Shown in pieces: positions 45,157-54,743 of a stretch of 64,000 nucleotides of DNA. The translations under genes were made by a program, and so were the position numbers. Position 1 is the first letter of the stretch, and each line of letters opens with the position of its first letter. This DNA is from a virus, in IMG/VR virus record IMGVR_UViG_3300047472_000237, positions 1-64,000 of that record. One strand, written 5' to 3'. A model generated the notes under the pieces. The model ran no database searches and was not told where the DNA came from. It saw nothing but the letters and a program-made list of their open reading frames with translations.

Positions 45157-46017
45157 ATGGCCTCCCAGAACTATCCCCGCGTCACGATTGAAGACTTTGG
45201 CAAGCACCTGCTCGACGCGGGCGATCTGGATCCCATCTATCTCGGCCTCCACCGGCTGGCCCTCCCCGCGAATCAGCTTCATCGCTGGCTCCTGGCATAC
45301 TGTTGCTTCTACAGCGCCGGCGTCGCTTCGTACCTCTCTGAGTTCGAGGGTGCGACCTTCTGGGAACACTTCCTCACCGCTGCCAAGAACGAGACCCCGG
45401 CCCCGCATGGCGGACGTTGGGAGCGTGGCAAGGAACGTCGCCACTTCCGTGGCGGACAGGCCATCAAGGCCACCAACGAGCTCATCGGCAAGTACCCCGT
45501 CCCCGAACTCGCCTTCAACGGGCACCTGGTCCGCCCCGGCGAGACCCGCCTACCCTTCAGCGTGGTCAGCGACCGCGCTCAGGAGTGGCGAGGCTTCGGC
45601 ACCTGGATCTCCTTCAAGGTCGGCGACCTGCTCGACCGTGTCGGCATTATCCCCGTCGACTTCGCGTTTGACGAGGCGATGTACGAAGATCCGACCAAGG
45701 CCGCGATCATGCAGTGGAAGCTGCGGCGCGACCTGCCCCAGGACTCGACCATCGACGACCCGAAGGCCGCCGTGCAGGAGATCGTCGCGTACCTCATCGA
45801 GCACTTCAAGGACTATCTGGCCCCGCCGCTGCTCGACCGCCCCATCGGCCTCCAGGAGGTCGAGACGATCCTCTGCAAGTGGAAGTCGCACATCAACGGG
45901 CACTACCCGTTCTTCAACGACACGGTCGAGATCCACCACGGTGTCTCTCCCTGGGCCAACCACAGCGACACGGCCAAGCGGTTCCTCGCTGCCATGCCTC
46001 AGCCGCCGGCCAAGTAA
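45157..46017 (+). CDS. Amino acid:DNA transferase (aGPT-Pplase2 family)
   Basis: 'GDLDPIY...RWLLAYCCFY...RGKERRHFRG...GFGTWISFKVGDLLDR...QEVETILCKWKSHINGHY' as in the M6 gp51/PaMx11 gp46 type. Confidence 0.85.
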   Translation: MASQNYPRVTIEDFGKHLLDAGDLDPIYLGLHRLALPANQLHRWLLAYCCFYSAGVASYLSEFEGATFWEHFLTAAKNETPAPHGGRWERGKERRHFRGGQAIKATNELIGKYPVPELAFNGHLVRPGETRLPFSVVSDRAQEWRGFGTWISFKVGDLLDRVGIIPVDFAFDEAMYEDPTKAAIMQWKLRRDLPQDSTIDDPKAAVQEIVAYLIEHFKDYLAPPLLDRPIGLQEVETILCKWKSHINGHYPFFNDTVEIHHGVSPWANHSDTAKRFLAAMPQPPAK

Positions 46018-46056
46018 TCCGTTTGCCTTCTGTCGCCTTTCAGTGTATCTTCGATC

Positions 46057-46890
46057 ATGAGCACAACAGTCAACATCATCGGGGCCGGGATCGCTGGCTC
46101 CATCACTTCAACCCTCCTCCGCACGGCAGGGTTCAACACGCGGGTCATCGACGACGCTGACAAGTTCTCCGCCAGCGCGGCGAGCTCCAACCTGTTCATC
46201 GTCGATTGGTACGACACCGACCTGAAGCAGATCGCTGACGGCTTCGACGTGCTCGAGATGCTCTACAAGGACGTGACGGAGTTCCCGTTCAAGGCCGGCA
46301 TCAAGATCGCACCCCGCATGCTGCACATCGGGCAGCGTCACCTGCTGGTCAAGCCGGACGTGATCGGCACTGTGACCTACGCCGACGAGCAGGGAGTCGC
46401 CCTGGGCGACATGCAGCACTTCGATGGCCCAGTGATCCTGGCGGCCGGCTACCGCGCCAACACGCTCATCCGCGACCACGCTCAGCACCACGACATCGAG
46501 GTCTACGCGGGCCACCGCTACCTGTTCAAGGGAGACCTGGCCGAGGGCCGCCTCGACATGGTCGCACCGTACAAGCACGGCAAGCTGTACCAGTACGCAC
46601 CGGGGCAGATCTACTACGCCGACAGCGTGAAGCTCCAGCTGAAGTCCTACAACAAGCGACAGGCCGAGATCCAGGAGCGGACGCTCGCTCGTGCCCAGGC
46701 GGCACTAGGTCGTACAGACCTCGAGATCATCGACTTCCGAGTGGGGTATCGCCCTGTCATCGCTGAGAAACCGCTTGGCGTACTCGACCGCATCAGCAAG
46801 AATGTGTGGAGTATGAACGGCGGCGGCAAGAACGGCACTGTCGCCTATGCCGGCCTCGCCCGGCAGCTTCTCGAGGAGCTCAGGGCCTGA
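46057..46890 (+). CDS. FAD-dependent oxidoreductase/lyase (PaMx11 gp47-like)
   Basis: 'IIGAGIAG' FAD motif, 'ASAAS', 'GYRP', 'GGGKNG'; adjacent to the amino acid:DNA transferase. Confidence 0.8.
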   Translation: MSTTVNIIGAGIAGSITSTLLRTAGFNTRVIDDADKFSASAASSNLFIVDWYDTDLKQIADGFDVLEMLYKDVTEFPFKAGIKIAPRMLHIGQRHLLVKPDVIGTVTYADEQGVALGDMQHFDGPVILAAGYRANTLIRDHAQHHDIEVYAGHRYLFKGDLAEGRLDMVAPYKHGKLYQYAPGQIYYADSVKLQLKSYNKRQAEIQERTLARAQAALGRTDLEIIDFRVGYRPVIAEKPLGVLDRISKNVWSMNGGGKNGTVAYAGLARQLLEELRA

Positions 46891-47177
46891 TGAGCAAGAA
46901 GGCCGGCAAACCTCTCCTGCCATTCTTCAAGTCGCTTCGCAAGCGCAAGAAGAAAGGGAAGAAGCGGACCATCGTAACTGACTGGGACTTGCCGCCGATC
47001 GTGGAGAAGACGAAGACCCTTGCCGATTGCTACGAAGAGGACTACAGTGACCGCAATGCAAATCCGCCCCGCCACCCCCGACGACCACAAACGCCTCTGC
47101 GAGATCGCCCGCTCACACCGCGCGGGGAACGGCTTCTCGAACATTCAAATGTTCAGCGGCCCGACCCACTACGCTAA
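46890..47177 (+). CDS. Basic hypothetical protein overlapping the GNAT gene
   Basis: TGATG coupling to the upstream stop; Lys-rich; last 122 nt overlap the next gene. Confidence 0.35.
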   Translation: MSKKAGKPLLPFFKSLRKRKKKGKKRTIVTDWDLPPIVEKTKTLADCYEEDYSDRNANPPRHPRRPQTPLRDRPLTPRGERLLEHSNVQRPDPLR

Positions 47178-47505
47178 CGGCTGGCTGCGTGTGATGGTCG
47201 ACGCCGAAGGCAAGATCGTCGCCTTCACCTGCATTCGTCAGAAGAAGACGACGAAGCAGACGAAGCTCTACTACATCATCGTGGACACGGCGTACCGCTC
47301 CGGCGGCATCGTCGACAACAAGCCGGTCGTCGGCATCGGCCAGGCGCTCCTGGATGACCTGATCACCAACTCCCCGTATCGCGAGCTCATCTGCGACTGC
47401 CTGAAGGACAATGAGCCGGCTCTGAAGTTCTACAAGAAGAACGGCTTCGAGATCGTGGGTGAGTCCCTCAAGGGCAAGGGACACATCCTCCTGAAGAAGT
47501 GGTGA
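47056..47505 (+). CDS. GNAT acetyltransferase (PaMx11 gp48-like)
   Basis: 'IRPATPDD', 'GIGQALL', 'NEPALKFYKKNGF'; TTGCCG(47020)-17-TACAGT-7 nt-ATG. Confidence 0.88.
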   Translation: MQIRPATPDDHKRLCEIARSHRAGNGFSNIQMFSGPTHYANGWLRVMVDAEGKIVAFTCIRQKKTTKQTKLYYIIVDTAYRSGGIVDNKPVVGIGQALLDDLITNSPYRELICDCLKDNEPALKFYKKNGFEIVGESLKGKGHILLKKW

Positions 47506-47721
47506 GCACGGAGTGAACTTGTCGGGCCAAACCTCGTGCACGGCCTGCTTGCCTTAAATGCTGCCGCCCGGTCGAGGTCGGGAGAGGCGAATCCAGGTGC
47601 TCACCACTCTTGAGGGAACTATGGACACCATCATCGTCGCTCATCATGTCGCACACTTCAGCTGTGCACTACTTACTCTCTTGTGCATCGCCTACGTCGC
47701 GAAGCCGAAGGACCGTTCCCA

Positions 47722-48375
47722 ATGCGTAACCCGACCATCGTCAATATCCGTGGCACGAGCGGCTCTGGCAAGAGCACTCTGGTCAAGGCGATATTCGCCC
47801 GCTGCACCAATGTCGAGCCAGTGCGGGCACCTTCCACCGCGAAGCGCAAGCAGCCGCTCGGCTACACGATGCAATACAACTCGCTCGGCGCGGAGAACAA
47901 CCCGCAGAAGCTGTTCATCGCCGGCCACTACGAATCAGCCTGCGGCGGCTGCGACACGTTGGGGAAGTACCTTCCCGATGTCGTCACTCCTCGTCTGATC
48001 GGCGACGACACCGAGCCGAACAGCTACCACTTGACCTTCGGCCTGGTGCGTGAGTACTGGCGGCGCGGCTACAACGTCGTGTTCGAGGGCCTGCTCATCA
48101 GCGGCGACGTGCGGCACACCAAGGCCCTCCACGACGACGCCCTCCCCATCAACGTGGTCGGCTTCGACCTGCCCGTGGACTTCTGCATCGCGTCCGTCCT
48201 CGAGCGGCGGAAGGCCGCTGGCAACGTCAAGGAGTTCAACGAGGCCAACACGCGGGACAAGCACCGCCTCCTCGTGAACTGCCTCTCGAAGCTCGACGTG
48301 GCGGGCGTGCCCGTACAACGCTGCGGCACTCGAGAGCTCGCCTCGGACGCGGTCTACGCCCTCCTGGGCATGTAA
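47722..48375 (+). CDS. 5-hydroxymethyluracil DNA kinase (P-loop)
   Basis: 'NIRGTSGSGKST', 'GHYESACGGCDT', 'VFEGLL', 'CIASVLERR' as in the M6 gp54 type. Confidence 0.85.
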   Translation: MRNPTIVNIRGTSGSGKSTLVKAIFARCTNVEPVRAPSTAKRKQPLGYTMQYNSLGAENNPQKLFIAGHYESACGGCDTLGKYLPDVVTPRLIGDDTEPNSYHLTFGLVREYWRRGYNVVFEGLLISGDVRHTKALHDDALPINVVGFDLPVDFCIASVLERRKAAGNVKEFNEANTRDKHRLLVNCLSKLDVAGVPVQRCGTRELASDAVYALLGM

Positions 48376-48443
48376 CGTGCGACGCCGCTCCAGGCCGCTC
48401 CGACCCGCTCGGAGCGGCCTCTCTTTGGCCCCGAAAGTTCAAC

Positions 48444-49352
48444 ATGATCGACGCAAACGTCAACGTCTTCTTCGCGCTCGCACGAGAGCGGTACGCCATC
48501 CAGCGCCGGCGCGAGGGGACGATCCCCAACCCGCACGCTCCCCACTTCTCGGCCAACCCGATCTTCCAGCGGTATCGGTTCTGCAACCTGTTCCGCGAGC
48601 AGGATCGGACGACGGCCTGGTTCCGGGACACGCTGCGTGAGCCGCTCCGCAACGACGCGGCCCGCGTGCTGTTCGCCACCATCGCCTTCCGCTGGTTCAA
48701 CCGCATCAGCACCGGGAAGCTCATCAGCGGCTTCCTGATGGAGGGCCACCGGACGTGGAAGCCTGAGAGCATCCGCACGATCCTGAAGGACGTGAAGCCG
48801 GTCGTCACCGGCGCGTACATCATCAAGACGCCGAACGGCATGAACAAACTCGACGGCGTGCTGTGGTGCATCGAACAGGTGCGGAAGGACATCGACCATC
48901 TTGCGGGTGCCCTGGGCCACACGCCGCCCGATGAACGCTCGCTCGAAGGCACGTGGGAGGCGCTCCGCCAGTTCCCGTATCTCGGCGACTTCATGTCGTA
49001 CGAAGTCGTCACGGACTTGCGACACACCTGCTGGCTCGACCAGGCGTCCGACCGCTACACGTGGTGCAATCCTGGCCCAGGGTGTACGCGGGGCCTCGGG
49101 TGGGTCGTCCACGGCGACTTCGACCGCTGGAACAGGAGCTCGAAGACCGACCGCGCGGCCATGCAGCCTCACCTGGAGAAGCTGCTCGAGCTCGCCAACA
49201 GCGACAGCGAGCTCTGGCCCGACGACTTCCCGGACTGGGAGATGCGCGAGGTCGAGCACTGGCTCTGCGAAGTGTGCAAGTATGTCCGCGTTGAGAGCGG
49301 CGGCTCTCCGCCGAAGGAAATCTTCAGGAATGCGCTTGCCTCCGTGAAGTGA
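48444..49352 (+). CDS. aGPT-Pplase1 family (HhH-glycosylase-like helical) protein
   Basis: 'YRFCNLFREQDRTT', 'FRWFN', 'TGAYII', 'LGDFMSYEVVTDL', 'GPGCTRGL', 'EVEHWLCE..KY'. Confidence 0.85.
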   Translation: MIDANVNVFFALARERYAIQRRREGTIPNPHAPHFSANPIFQRYRFCNLFREQDRTTAWFRDTLREPLRNDAARVLFATIAFRWFNRISTGKLISGFLMEGHRTWKPESIRTILKDVKPVVTGAYIIKTPNGMNKLDGVLWCIEQVRKDIDHLAGALGHTPPDERSLEGTWEALRQFPYLGDFMSYEVVTDLRHTCWLDQASDRYTWCNPGPGCTRGLGWVVHGDFDRWNRSSKTDRAAMQPHLEKLLELANSDSELWPDDFPDWEMREVEHWLCEVCKYVRVESGGSPPKEIFRNALASVK

Positions 49353-49371
49353 ACGGGATAACTTCGCCGCA

Positions 49372-49914
49372 GTGCGTCGATTCAAGGCAGCGAAACCTCT
49401 GGCCCGTATCACCGACGAGAGCGTCAAGGCGCGGCTGGAAGAGAATCGGCGGCTCGCTCCCTGTCCGGTTGCGGCCTACGTGCCGGACGGCAGCCCGCTG
49501 AAGGGCGACTGCTGGGAGTGGACTGGATGTGCCCCGGATGGGTACGGCCAGATCAAGGTCGCGGGCGTCGTGCAGCGGGTGCACCGCGTCTCCTTCGCCG
49601 TGTACAAGGGCGAAGTCCCGAGGAAGATCACCGTCGATCACCTCTGCCACAACCCGAAGTGTTTCAATCCAGAGCACCTGGAACTACAGACTGCCGCCAT
49701 CAACTCTGGCTACAGTCGCATGGAGTACCGATATGATTGTTCTCAAGGCACGCAATGCCCACCAGGCCCTGCCGGAGATGATGCACCAGGTCCAGAGCAA
49801 CGACAAAGCGGTGACGCGGTCGAGCCGGAACGGGCCTGTGATCCAGTTTGTGGAGCCGTTCACGATCCAGTACGCGAAGCCGACGGAGCGGGTGGTGTTC
49901 TGGCCGGAACGTGA
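49372..49914 (+). CDS. HNH homing endonuclease
   Basis: 'CWEWTG...GYGQI...VHRVSF...VDHLCHNPKCFNPEHL'; TTGCCT-17-TAACTT-7 nt-GTG; 3' end overlaps the next gene. Confidence 0.85.
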   Translation: MRRFKAAKPLARITDESVKARLEENRRLAPCPVAAYVPDGSPLKGDCWEWTGCAPDGYGQIKVAGVVQRVHRVSFAVYKGEVPRKITVDHLCHNPKCFNPEHLELQTAAINSGYSRMEYRYDCSQGTQCPPGPAGDDAPGPEQRQSGDAVEPERACDPVCGAVHDPVREADGAGGVLAGT

Positions 49915-50809
49915 CGCCAACCCGTTCTTCCACCTGTTCGAGTCGCTCTGGATGCTCGCCGGCCGCAACGACGTGGCCTATCCCGCCCGCTACTCCAGCA
50001 ACATCGGTCAGTTCAGCGACGACGGCCAGACGTTCCACGGCGCGTACGGTCACCGCTGGCGTCGACACTTCCAGCTGACCGACGAGATGACCGGCCGCTC
50101 GCAGCCCATCGACCAGCTGAGCACCATCGCCGCCGCGCTCAAGGCCAACCCGGAGGACCGCCGCCAGGTGCTGTCGATGTGGGACGCCACGGTCGACTTG
50201 GGCCGACAGGGCAAGGATCTCCCCTGCAATCTCCAGATCGTCTTCCAGCGTGACCACAACGGCCGCTTGAACATGACGGTGTACAACCGCTCGAACGACA
50301 TCCTGTGGGGTGCTCTCGGCGCGAACTGCGTCCACATGAGCTACCTCCAGGAGTACATGGCGGCGGCCATCGGCTGCGAGGTCGGACAGTATTGGCAGAT
50401 CTCCGCCAACATGCACGCCTACACGGAGCTCACCCCGCTCCTGAAGAAGTGCCTGCCGCTCGACGACCACTGTTGGCCCTCGTCCGGCTACAAGCACACT
50501 GACCCGTACGAAGGGGCCATCGAGCCGTTCCCACTGGTCAACACGCCCCTGGCCCAGTGGGAGGGCGAGCTCCGCATGTTCATCGATGAGCCGACCGCCA
50601 TCGGCTTCCGTGACCCGTTCTTCCGCCGGGTGGCGTCGCCGCTCGCAGCGGCCTACGTCAAGTTCAGTGACCGCAGCGACCCGCACCGCTTCGAGCACGC
50701 CTTCAATGCCCTGAACAGCGCGGCCAACTGCGACTGGCGGCTCGCCGCCTTCGAGTGGCTGACCCGCCGCGAAGCCGCTGCGAAGTTGAAATCAACCACG
50801 GCTCAGTGA
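49733..50809 (+). CDS. dUMP hydroxymethylase (thymidylate synthase family)
   Basis: 'RDANPFFHLFESLWMLAGRND', 'GAYGHRWR', catalytic 'DLPCN', 'RSNDILWGALGAN' (Asn indicates dUMP specificity), 'NMHAY'. Confidence 0.88.
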   Translation: MIVLKARNAHQALPEMMHQVQSNDKAVTRSSRNGPVIQFVEPFTIQYAKPTERVVFWPERDANPFFHLFESLWMLAGRNDVAYPARYSSNIGQFSDDGQTFHGAYGHRWRRHFQLTDEMTGRSQPIDQLSTIAAALKANPEDRRQVLSMWDATVDLGRQGKDLPCNLQIVFQRDHNGRLNMTVYNRSNDILWGALGANCVHMSYLQEYMAAAIGCEVGQYWQISANMHAYTELTPLLKKCLPLDDHCWPSSGYKHTDPYEGAIEPFPLVNTPLAQWEGELRMFIDEPTAIGFRDPFFRRVASPLAAAYVKFSDRSDPHRFEHAFNALNSAANCDWRLAAFEWLTRREAAAKLKSTTAQ

Positions 50810-50816
50810 GCCTGTC

Positions 50817-50891
50817 TGACGCGATGGTCCAGATGGTAGGGCCGTGGGCTCATAACCCGCTGCATCGAAGGTTCGACTCCTTCCGCGTCAG
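50817..50891 (+). tRNA. tRNA with CAT anticodon (initiator-Met-like, slightly atypical)
   Basis: TGACGCG/CGCGTCA acceptor, GTCC/GGGC D stem, GTGGG-CTCATAA-CCCGC anticodon arm, GAAGG-TTCGACT-CCTTC T arm; no encoded CCA. Confidence 0.8.
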
Positions 50892-50894
50892 CTT

Positions 50895-51308
50895 ATGTCG
50901 AAAATCTACCTCATCTGCCCCGTCCGCAACGTGTCGAAGGACCAACTCGATGCGATGACGCTCTACGTCGCCAGCCTCGAACGGGATGGCCACACGGTCC
51001 ACTTCCCGAACCGGGACGTCGACCAGAGCAACGACGACGGCGGCGTTCGCATCTGCGACGAGCACCGCGCGGCGATGCATGAGTGCGATGAGGTGCACAC
51101 CTTCTGGGATCCGCTTTCGTACGGCTCCCACTTCGACCTGGGCATGGCGTTCATGCTCAGCTACGCCCGTGAGCAGATGGGCGGGGCACCGATCCGCTTC
51201 GTGGTGGCGAACCACACCGAGCGAGTGCCCGTGAAGTCCTTCCAGAATGTTCTCGTTCGCCTGTGTGAAAGTGAAGACGACTATGACATCGACTACCCCA
51301 ATCATTGA
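50895..51308 (+). CDS. Nucleoside 2-deoxyribosyltransferase/N-hydrolase-like protein
   Basis: 'KIYLICPV...LERDGHTVHFPNRD...CDEV...SYGSHFDLGMAF'. Confidence 0.7.
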   Translation: MSKIYLICPVRNVSKDQLDAMTLYVASLERDGHTVHFPNRDVDQSNDDGGVRICDEHRAAMHECDEVHTFWDPLSYGSHFDLGMAFMLSYAREQMGGAPIRFVVANHTERVPVKSFQNVLVRLCESEDDYDIDYPNH

Positions 51309-51891
51309 TCTCGACAAGGACAGCGGCAACGAGTTCCTCGAGCGGCTCGAGGGCATTGCCCAGAAGGACGTGGCCGGCCTGAAGAAGGCTGCGGAGTCCT
51401 ACGGCCCAAGCTGGAAGCAGCGGGGCGGCGTCGGCGCGTTCATGATGCTCGCCCGCAAGTGGGATCGGATGGAGCAGCGGCTCAAGAAGCTCGGCGGACG
51501 GGTGTACGACATCTTCCACGGCATCGCCACCGACGACCGGGGCGAGGGCCTGATCGATGACGTCCGCGACCTCCGCCGCTACTTGCTCCTCGTCGAGGGC
51601 GAGATGGAGGCTCGCGGCTTCCAGGGCAAGGCCCAGCGCGACAACGCCGAAGCCTCGAAGGAGCTCAAGCAGTACCCGTTCACGACCCAGCTGATCCGCG
51701 TCGCCGGCACGTTCCAGATGGTCGTCAACACGGGGCGGCCCGGCCGCAACCTCGCCCTGGGCGTGACCACAGACCAGAACCAGGAGCCGGCGTACAACTT
51801 CCGCGTCCTCTTCGAGGTTCGAGACGACATGCGGCAGGAAGCCATCGACCAGCTGCGACTGATGGCGGACCATCTCGAGAAGGGGCACTGA
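51283..51891 (+). CDS. Nucleotide-modification-associated all-alpha pyrophosphatase-like protein
   Basis: 'SYGPSWKQRGGVGAFMMLARKWDR...DDVRDLRRYLLLVE', as seen next to hydroxymethylases in YuA-like phages. Confidence 0.7.
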   Translation: MTSTTPIIDLDKDSGNEFLERLEGIAQKDVAGLKKAAESYGPSWKQRGGVGAFMMLARKWDRMEQRLKKLGGRVYDIFHGIATDDRGEGLIDDVRDLRRYLLLVEGEMEARGFQGKAQRDNAEASKELKQYPFTTQLIRVAGTFQMVVNTGRPGRNLALGVTTDQNQEPAYNFRVLFEVRDDMRQEAIDQLRLMADHLEKGH

Positions 51892-51894
51892 GCC

Positions 51895-52515
51895 ATGGCC
51901 AGCAAACCCGGCCGCAAGATGATCAATTGGGACAAGGACGACTTCAGTCGCTTCCTCAAGATGGTCGCGTTCGTCGTGTACCACTACGACGGGGAGCACT
52001 CCGTCAGTCGCCACTTCCGCCGGTTCTGCTGGATCCTGCCACAGCTGTCTCAGCGAGTGCTCGGCCGCGTAGTCACCTACGATGACGTGGTCGAGCACTT
52101 TCGTACGACGCAAACCCGAGAGGTCTCGGAGAACGCCATCTTCCAGCGAGGGGACAAGACTCAGCGGTATCAGGAGTTCAACTCGATGCAGCACCTGGTC
52201 GTCGGTGCCTACCACGACCTGAAGGGACTGTCGCTCGAGGACGGACCCGAGATCGACACGGTTCGAGACTTCACCAACGACCAGCTTGCCTGGGCCGTCA
52301 AGCGGTACGGCAACGGCTGCTATTGGTGCAAGGCCCCGTTCAGCGACATGGTTGGAAAGGTCGCGGATCATTACGTTCCCCACTCCAAGGGTGGCAGGAC
52401 GACGAAGGAAAACTGCCGTCCGTCGTGCCCGACCTGCAACGCGTCGAAGAGCGACATGATGCCAGACGAGTTCGTAGCCAAGCGGATGGCTCTCGCGGCG
52501 CGGTGCCGGAAATGA
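51895..52515 (+). CDS. HNH endonuclease
   Basis: C-terminal 'CYWC...DHYVPHSKGG....NCRPSCPTCNASK'. Confidence 0.85.
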   Translation: MASKPGRKMINWDKDDFSRFLKMVAFVVYHYDGEHSVSRHFRRFCWILPQLSQRVLGRVVTYDDVVEHFRTTQTREVSENAIFQRGDKTQRYQEFNSMQHLVVGAYHDLKGLSLEDGPEIDTVRDFTNDQLAWAVKRYGNGCYWCKAPFSDMVGKVADHYVPHSKGGRTTKENCRPSCPTCNASKSDMMPDEFVAKRMALAARCRK

Positions 52516-52558
52516 ATTCGTTGCCTGAGCGTTGAGCTTCAGGTACAAGGGTCGTCGA

Positions 52559-54481
52559 ATGTCGTTCAACAACATGCAACTCCCGCTGTGGAAACCGCAG
52601 CACGCCTGGCGTCCGACGCCTGTGAGCCAGATGCCCTCGTGGGCCGATGCCAAGCGCATCGCCATCGACATCGAGACGTACGACCCACAGCTGCGTGACC
52701 TGGGCCCAGGAGTTCGACGCGGCGGGTACATCGTCGGCATCAGCTTCAAGATCGAGGACGGCCCAGGGCACTACCTGCCAGTGCGGCACTTCGAAGACAA
52801 CCTGCCCTCCGACCAGGTGTACGGCTACCTGCGCGAACAGGCGAAGCACTTCAAGGGCGACCTCGTCGGCGCGAACATCACCTATGACCTCGACTACTTG
52901 TTCGAGCAGAAGGTGCTGTTCCCGCAGGTGCGTCGGTTCCGCGACGTTCAGGTCGCTGACCCACTGATCAACGAGCTCCACATGAGCTACTCGTTGGAGA
53001 ACATCGCGACCCGCTACGGCCTTCCAGGCAAGGACGAGCGGATGCTGAAGGAGGGTGCAGCCGCCTACGGCGTGGACCCCAAGAAGGGCCTCTACAAGCT
53101 CCCCGGCCGCTACGTGGGCGACTACGCCATCCAGGACGTGGCGCTCCCTCTGATGGTGCTCCGCCGCCAGGAGCGGCTCATCGAGGAGCACGGCCTCGAA
53201 CAGATCTACGACCTCGAGACCAGGCTGACCCCCGTCCTCCTGAAGATGCGCCGGCGCGGCGTCGCCATCGACCTCGGCCACCTTCAGAAGGTCGAGGACT
53301 GGTCGATCCAAGAGCAGACCGCCGCCCTCGAGAAGGTTCGCGAGCTCACGGGCGTACGCCTCGCCCTCGAGGACGTGAACAAGCCGCAGGCCCTCGTGCC
53401 GGCGCTGAAGCAGATCGGGTGCGACATCCCGAAGACGAGCCAGGGCAAGCCGTCCGTCCAGAAGGACTGGCTGAGGGGCCTGAAGCACCCAATCGCCGAC
53501 GCCCTGAACCGCGCTCGGAAGATGGACAAGCTGCGTGGCACCTTCTGTCGCAGCATCCGTGCTCACCTGGTCAACGGCCGGATCCACGCCACGTTCAACC
53601 AGATGCGTCGCTCGAGCGACAGCGACCTCGACGATGACACGGGTGCCCGCTACGGCCGCCTGTCGTGCACCGACCCGAACCTCCAGCAGCAGCCGGCTCG
53701 TGACCCTGAGATCGGCAAGTTCTGGAGGAAGATCTATATCCCAGACGACGGCATGCTGTGGGCCGCGATGGACTATTCGCAGCAGGAGCCGCGAATCACG
53801 TACCACTACGCCTTCGCCTCGAAGTGTGCCGGCGCTGAGGTCATCGTCAAGCGGTTCAACGACGACCTGTCCGCTGACTCCCACACCGAAATGGCTCGTA
53901 TCTGCTGGTCGGCCGCTGAGATCGAGGCCAACTTCAAGCAGCTGCGTGGCTACGCCAAGGAGATCTTCCTCGGCGTGACGTACGGCATGGGCGGGGCGAA
54001 GCTGTGCAAGAAACTCGGCAAGCCGACCATCTGGAAGTTCAGCGACCGTCTCAAGAAACAGATCGAAGTTGCCGGCCCCGAAGGTCAGGCCATCCTGGAC
54101 ACCGTGGACAAGCGGATGCCCTTCCTCCGCGAACTGGCACGCAAGTGCGAGAACCGAGCGAAGAGCACCGGGAAGATCAAGACCCTCCTGGGCCGGCTCT
54201 GCCACTTCCCGCTCAAGGACGACGGTCAGGTCGACTGGGCACACAAGGCCCTGAACCGCCTGGTCCAAGGCAGCGCGGCCGACCAGACGAAGCTCGCCGT
54301 CGTGACCTGCGACGACCTGGGCCTCGACCTCCAACTCCAGGTGCATGACGAAATCGACACTTCCGTGAACAGCCCAGAGCATGCCGAACAGATCGCAAAT
54401 GTGATGCGAACGTGTGTCCAGCTGGCTGTGCCCAGCAAGGTCGACGTCGAGATCGGCAAGTCCTGGGGCGATTCGATGTGA
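52559..54481 (+). CDS. DNA polymerase, family A, with 3'-5' exonuclease
   Basis: ExoI 'IDIET', 'GRLSCTDPNLQQQP', motif A 'DYSQQEPR', motif B 'AKEIFLGVTYG', motif C 'QVHDE'; no 5'-3' exonuclease domain. Confidence 0.95.
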   Translation: MSFNNMQLPLWKPQHAWRPTPVSQMPSWADAKRIAIDIETYDPQLRDLGPGVRRGGYIVGISFKIEDGPGHYLPVRHFEDNLPSDQVYGYLREQAKHFKGDLVGANITYDLDYLFEQKVLFPQVRRFRDVQVADPLINELHMSYSLENIATRYGLPGKDERMLKEGAAAYGVDPKKGLYKLPGRYVGDYAIQDVALPLMVLRRQERLIEEHGLEQIYDLETRLTPVLLKMRRRGVAIDLGHLQKVEDWSIQEQTAALEKVRELTGVRLALEDVNKPQALVPALKQIGCDIPKTSQGKPSVQKDWLRGLKHPIADALNRARKMDKLRGTFCRSIRAHLVNGRIHATFNQMRRSSDSDLDDDTGARYGRLSCTDPNLQQQPARDPEIGKFWRKIYIPDDGMLWAAMDYSQQEPRITYHYAFASKCAGAEVIVKRFNDDLSADSHTEMARICWSAAEIEANFKQLRGYAKEIFLGVTYGMGGAKLCKKLGKPTIWKFSDRLKKQIEVAGPEGQAILDTVDKRMPFLRELARKCENRAKSTGKIKTLLGRLCHFPLKDDGQVDWAHKALNRLVQGSAADQTKLAVVTCDDLGLDLQLQVHDEIDTSVNSPEHAEQIANVMRTCVQLAVPSKVDVEIGKSWGDSM

Positions 54482-54488
54482 GGACAAT

Positions 54489-54743
54489 ATGCTGACGACA
54501 CTGCTGTACATCTTCCTCGGCTGCTTCATCGCCTCCGCCGCGATCGACGTGATCAAGCTGGCGTGCACCTGGGTGCTCTTCCTCGCCTGCCTCGTCCTGT
54601 ACGACTGCACGTTCCTCTTCGCCACCTACGACGCCTGGACCGGCTGGTTCTGGGACAGCAAGAAGGGGCGGCTCTACGTGTTCCCCATCCCGATGTTCGG
54701 CTTCTACTTCGACTTCAAAGAGGATCCCACTTATGTCATGTGA
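54489..54743 (+). CDS. Small membrane protein
   Basis: GAGGA RBS; two hydrophobic segments plus 'YDAWTGWFWDSKKGRLYVFPIP'. Confidence 0.6.
   Translation: MLTTLLYIFLGCFIASAAIDVIKLACTWVLFLACLVLYDCTFLFATYDAWTGWFWDSKKGRLYVFPIPMFGFYFDFKEDPTYVM

Noticed and set aside
49733-50809. Ordinary thymidylate synthase or dCMP hydroxymethylase
   Set aside because: Asn at the specificity position, a dCMP deaminase and neighbouring hmU-DNA kinase and transferase genes favour dUMP hydroxymethylase.
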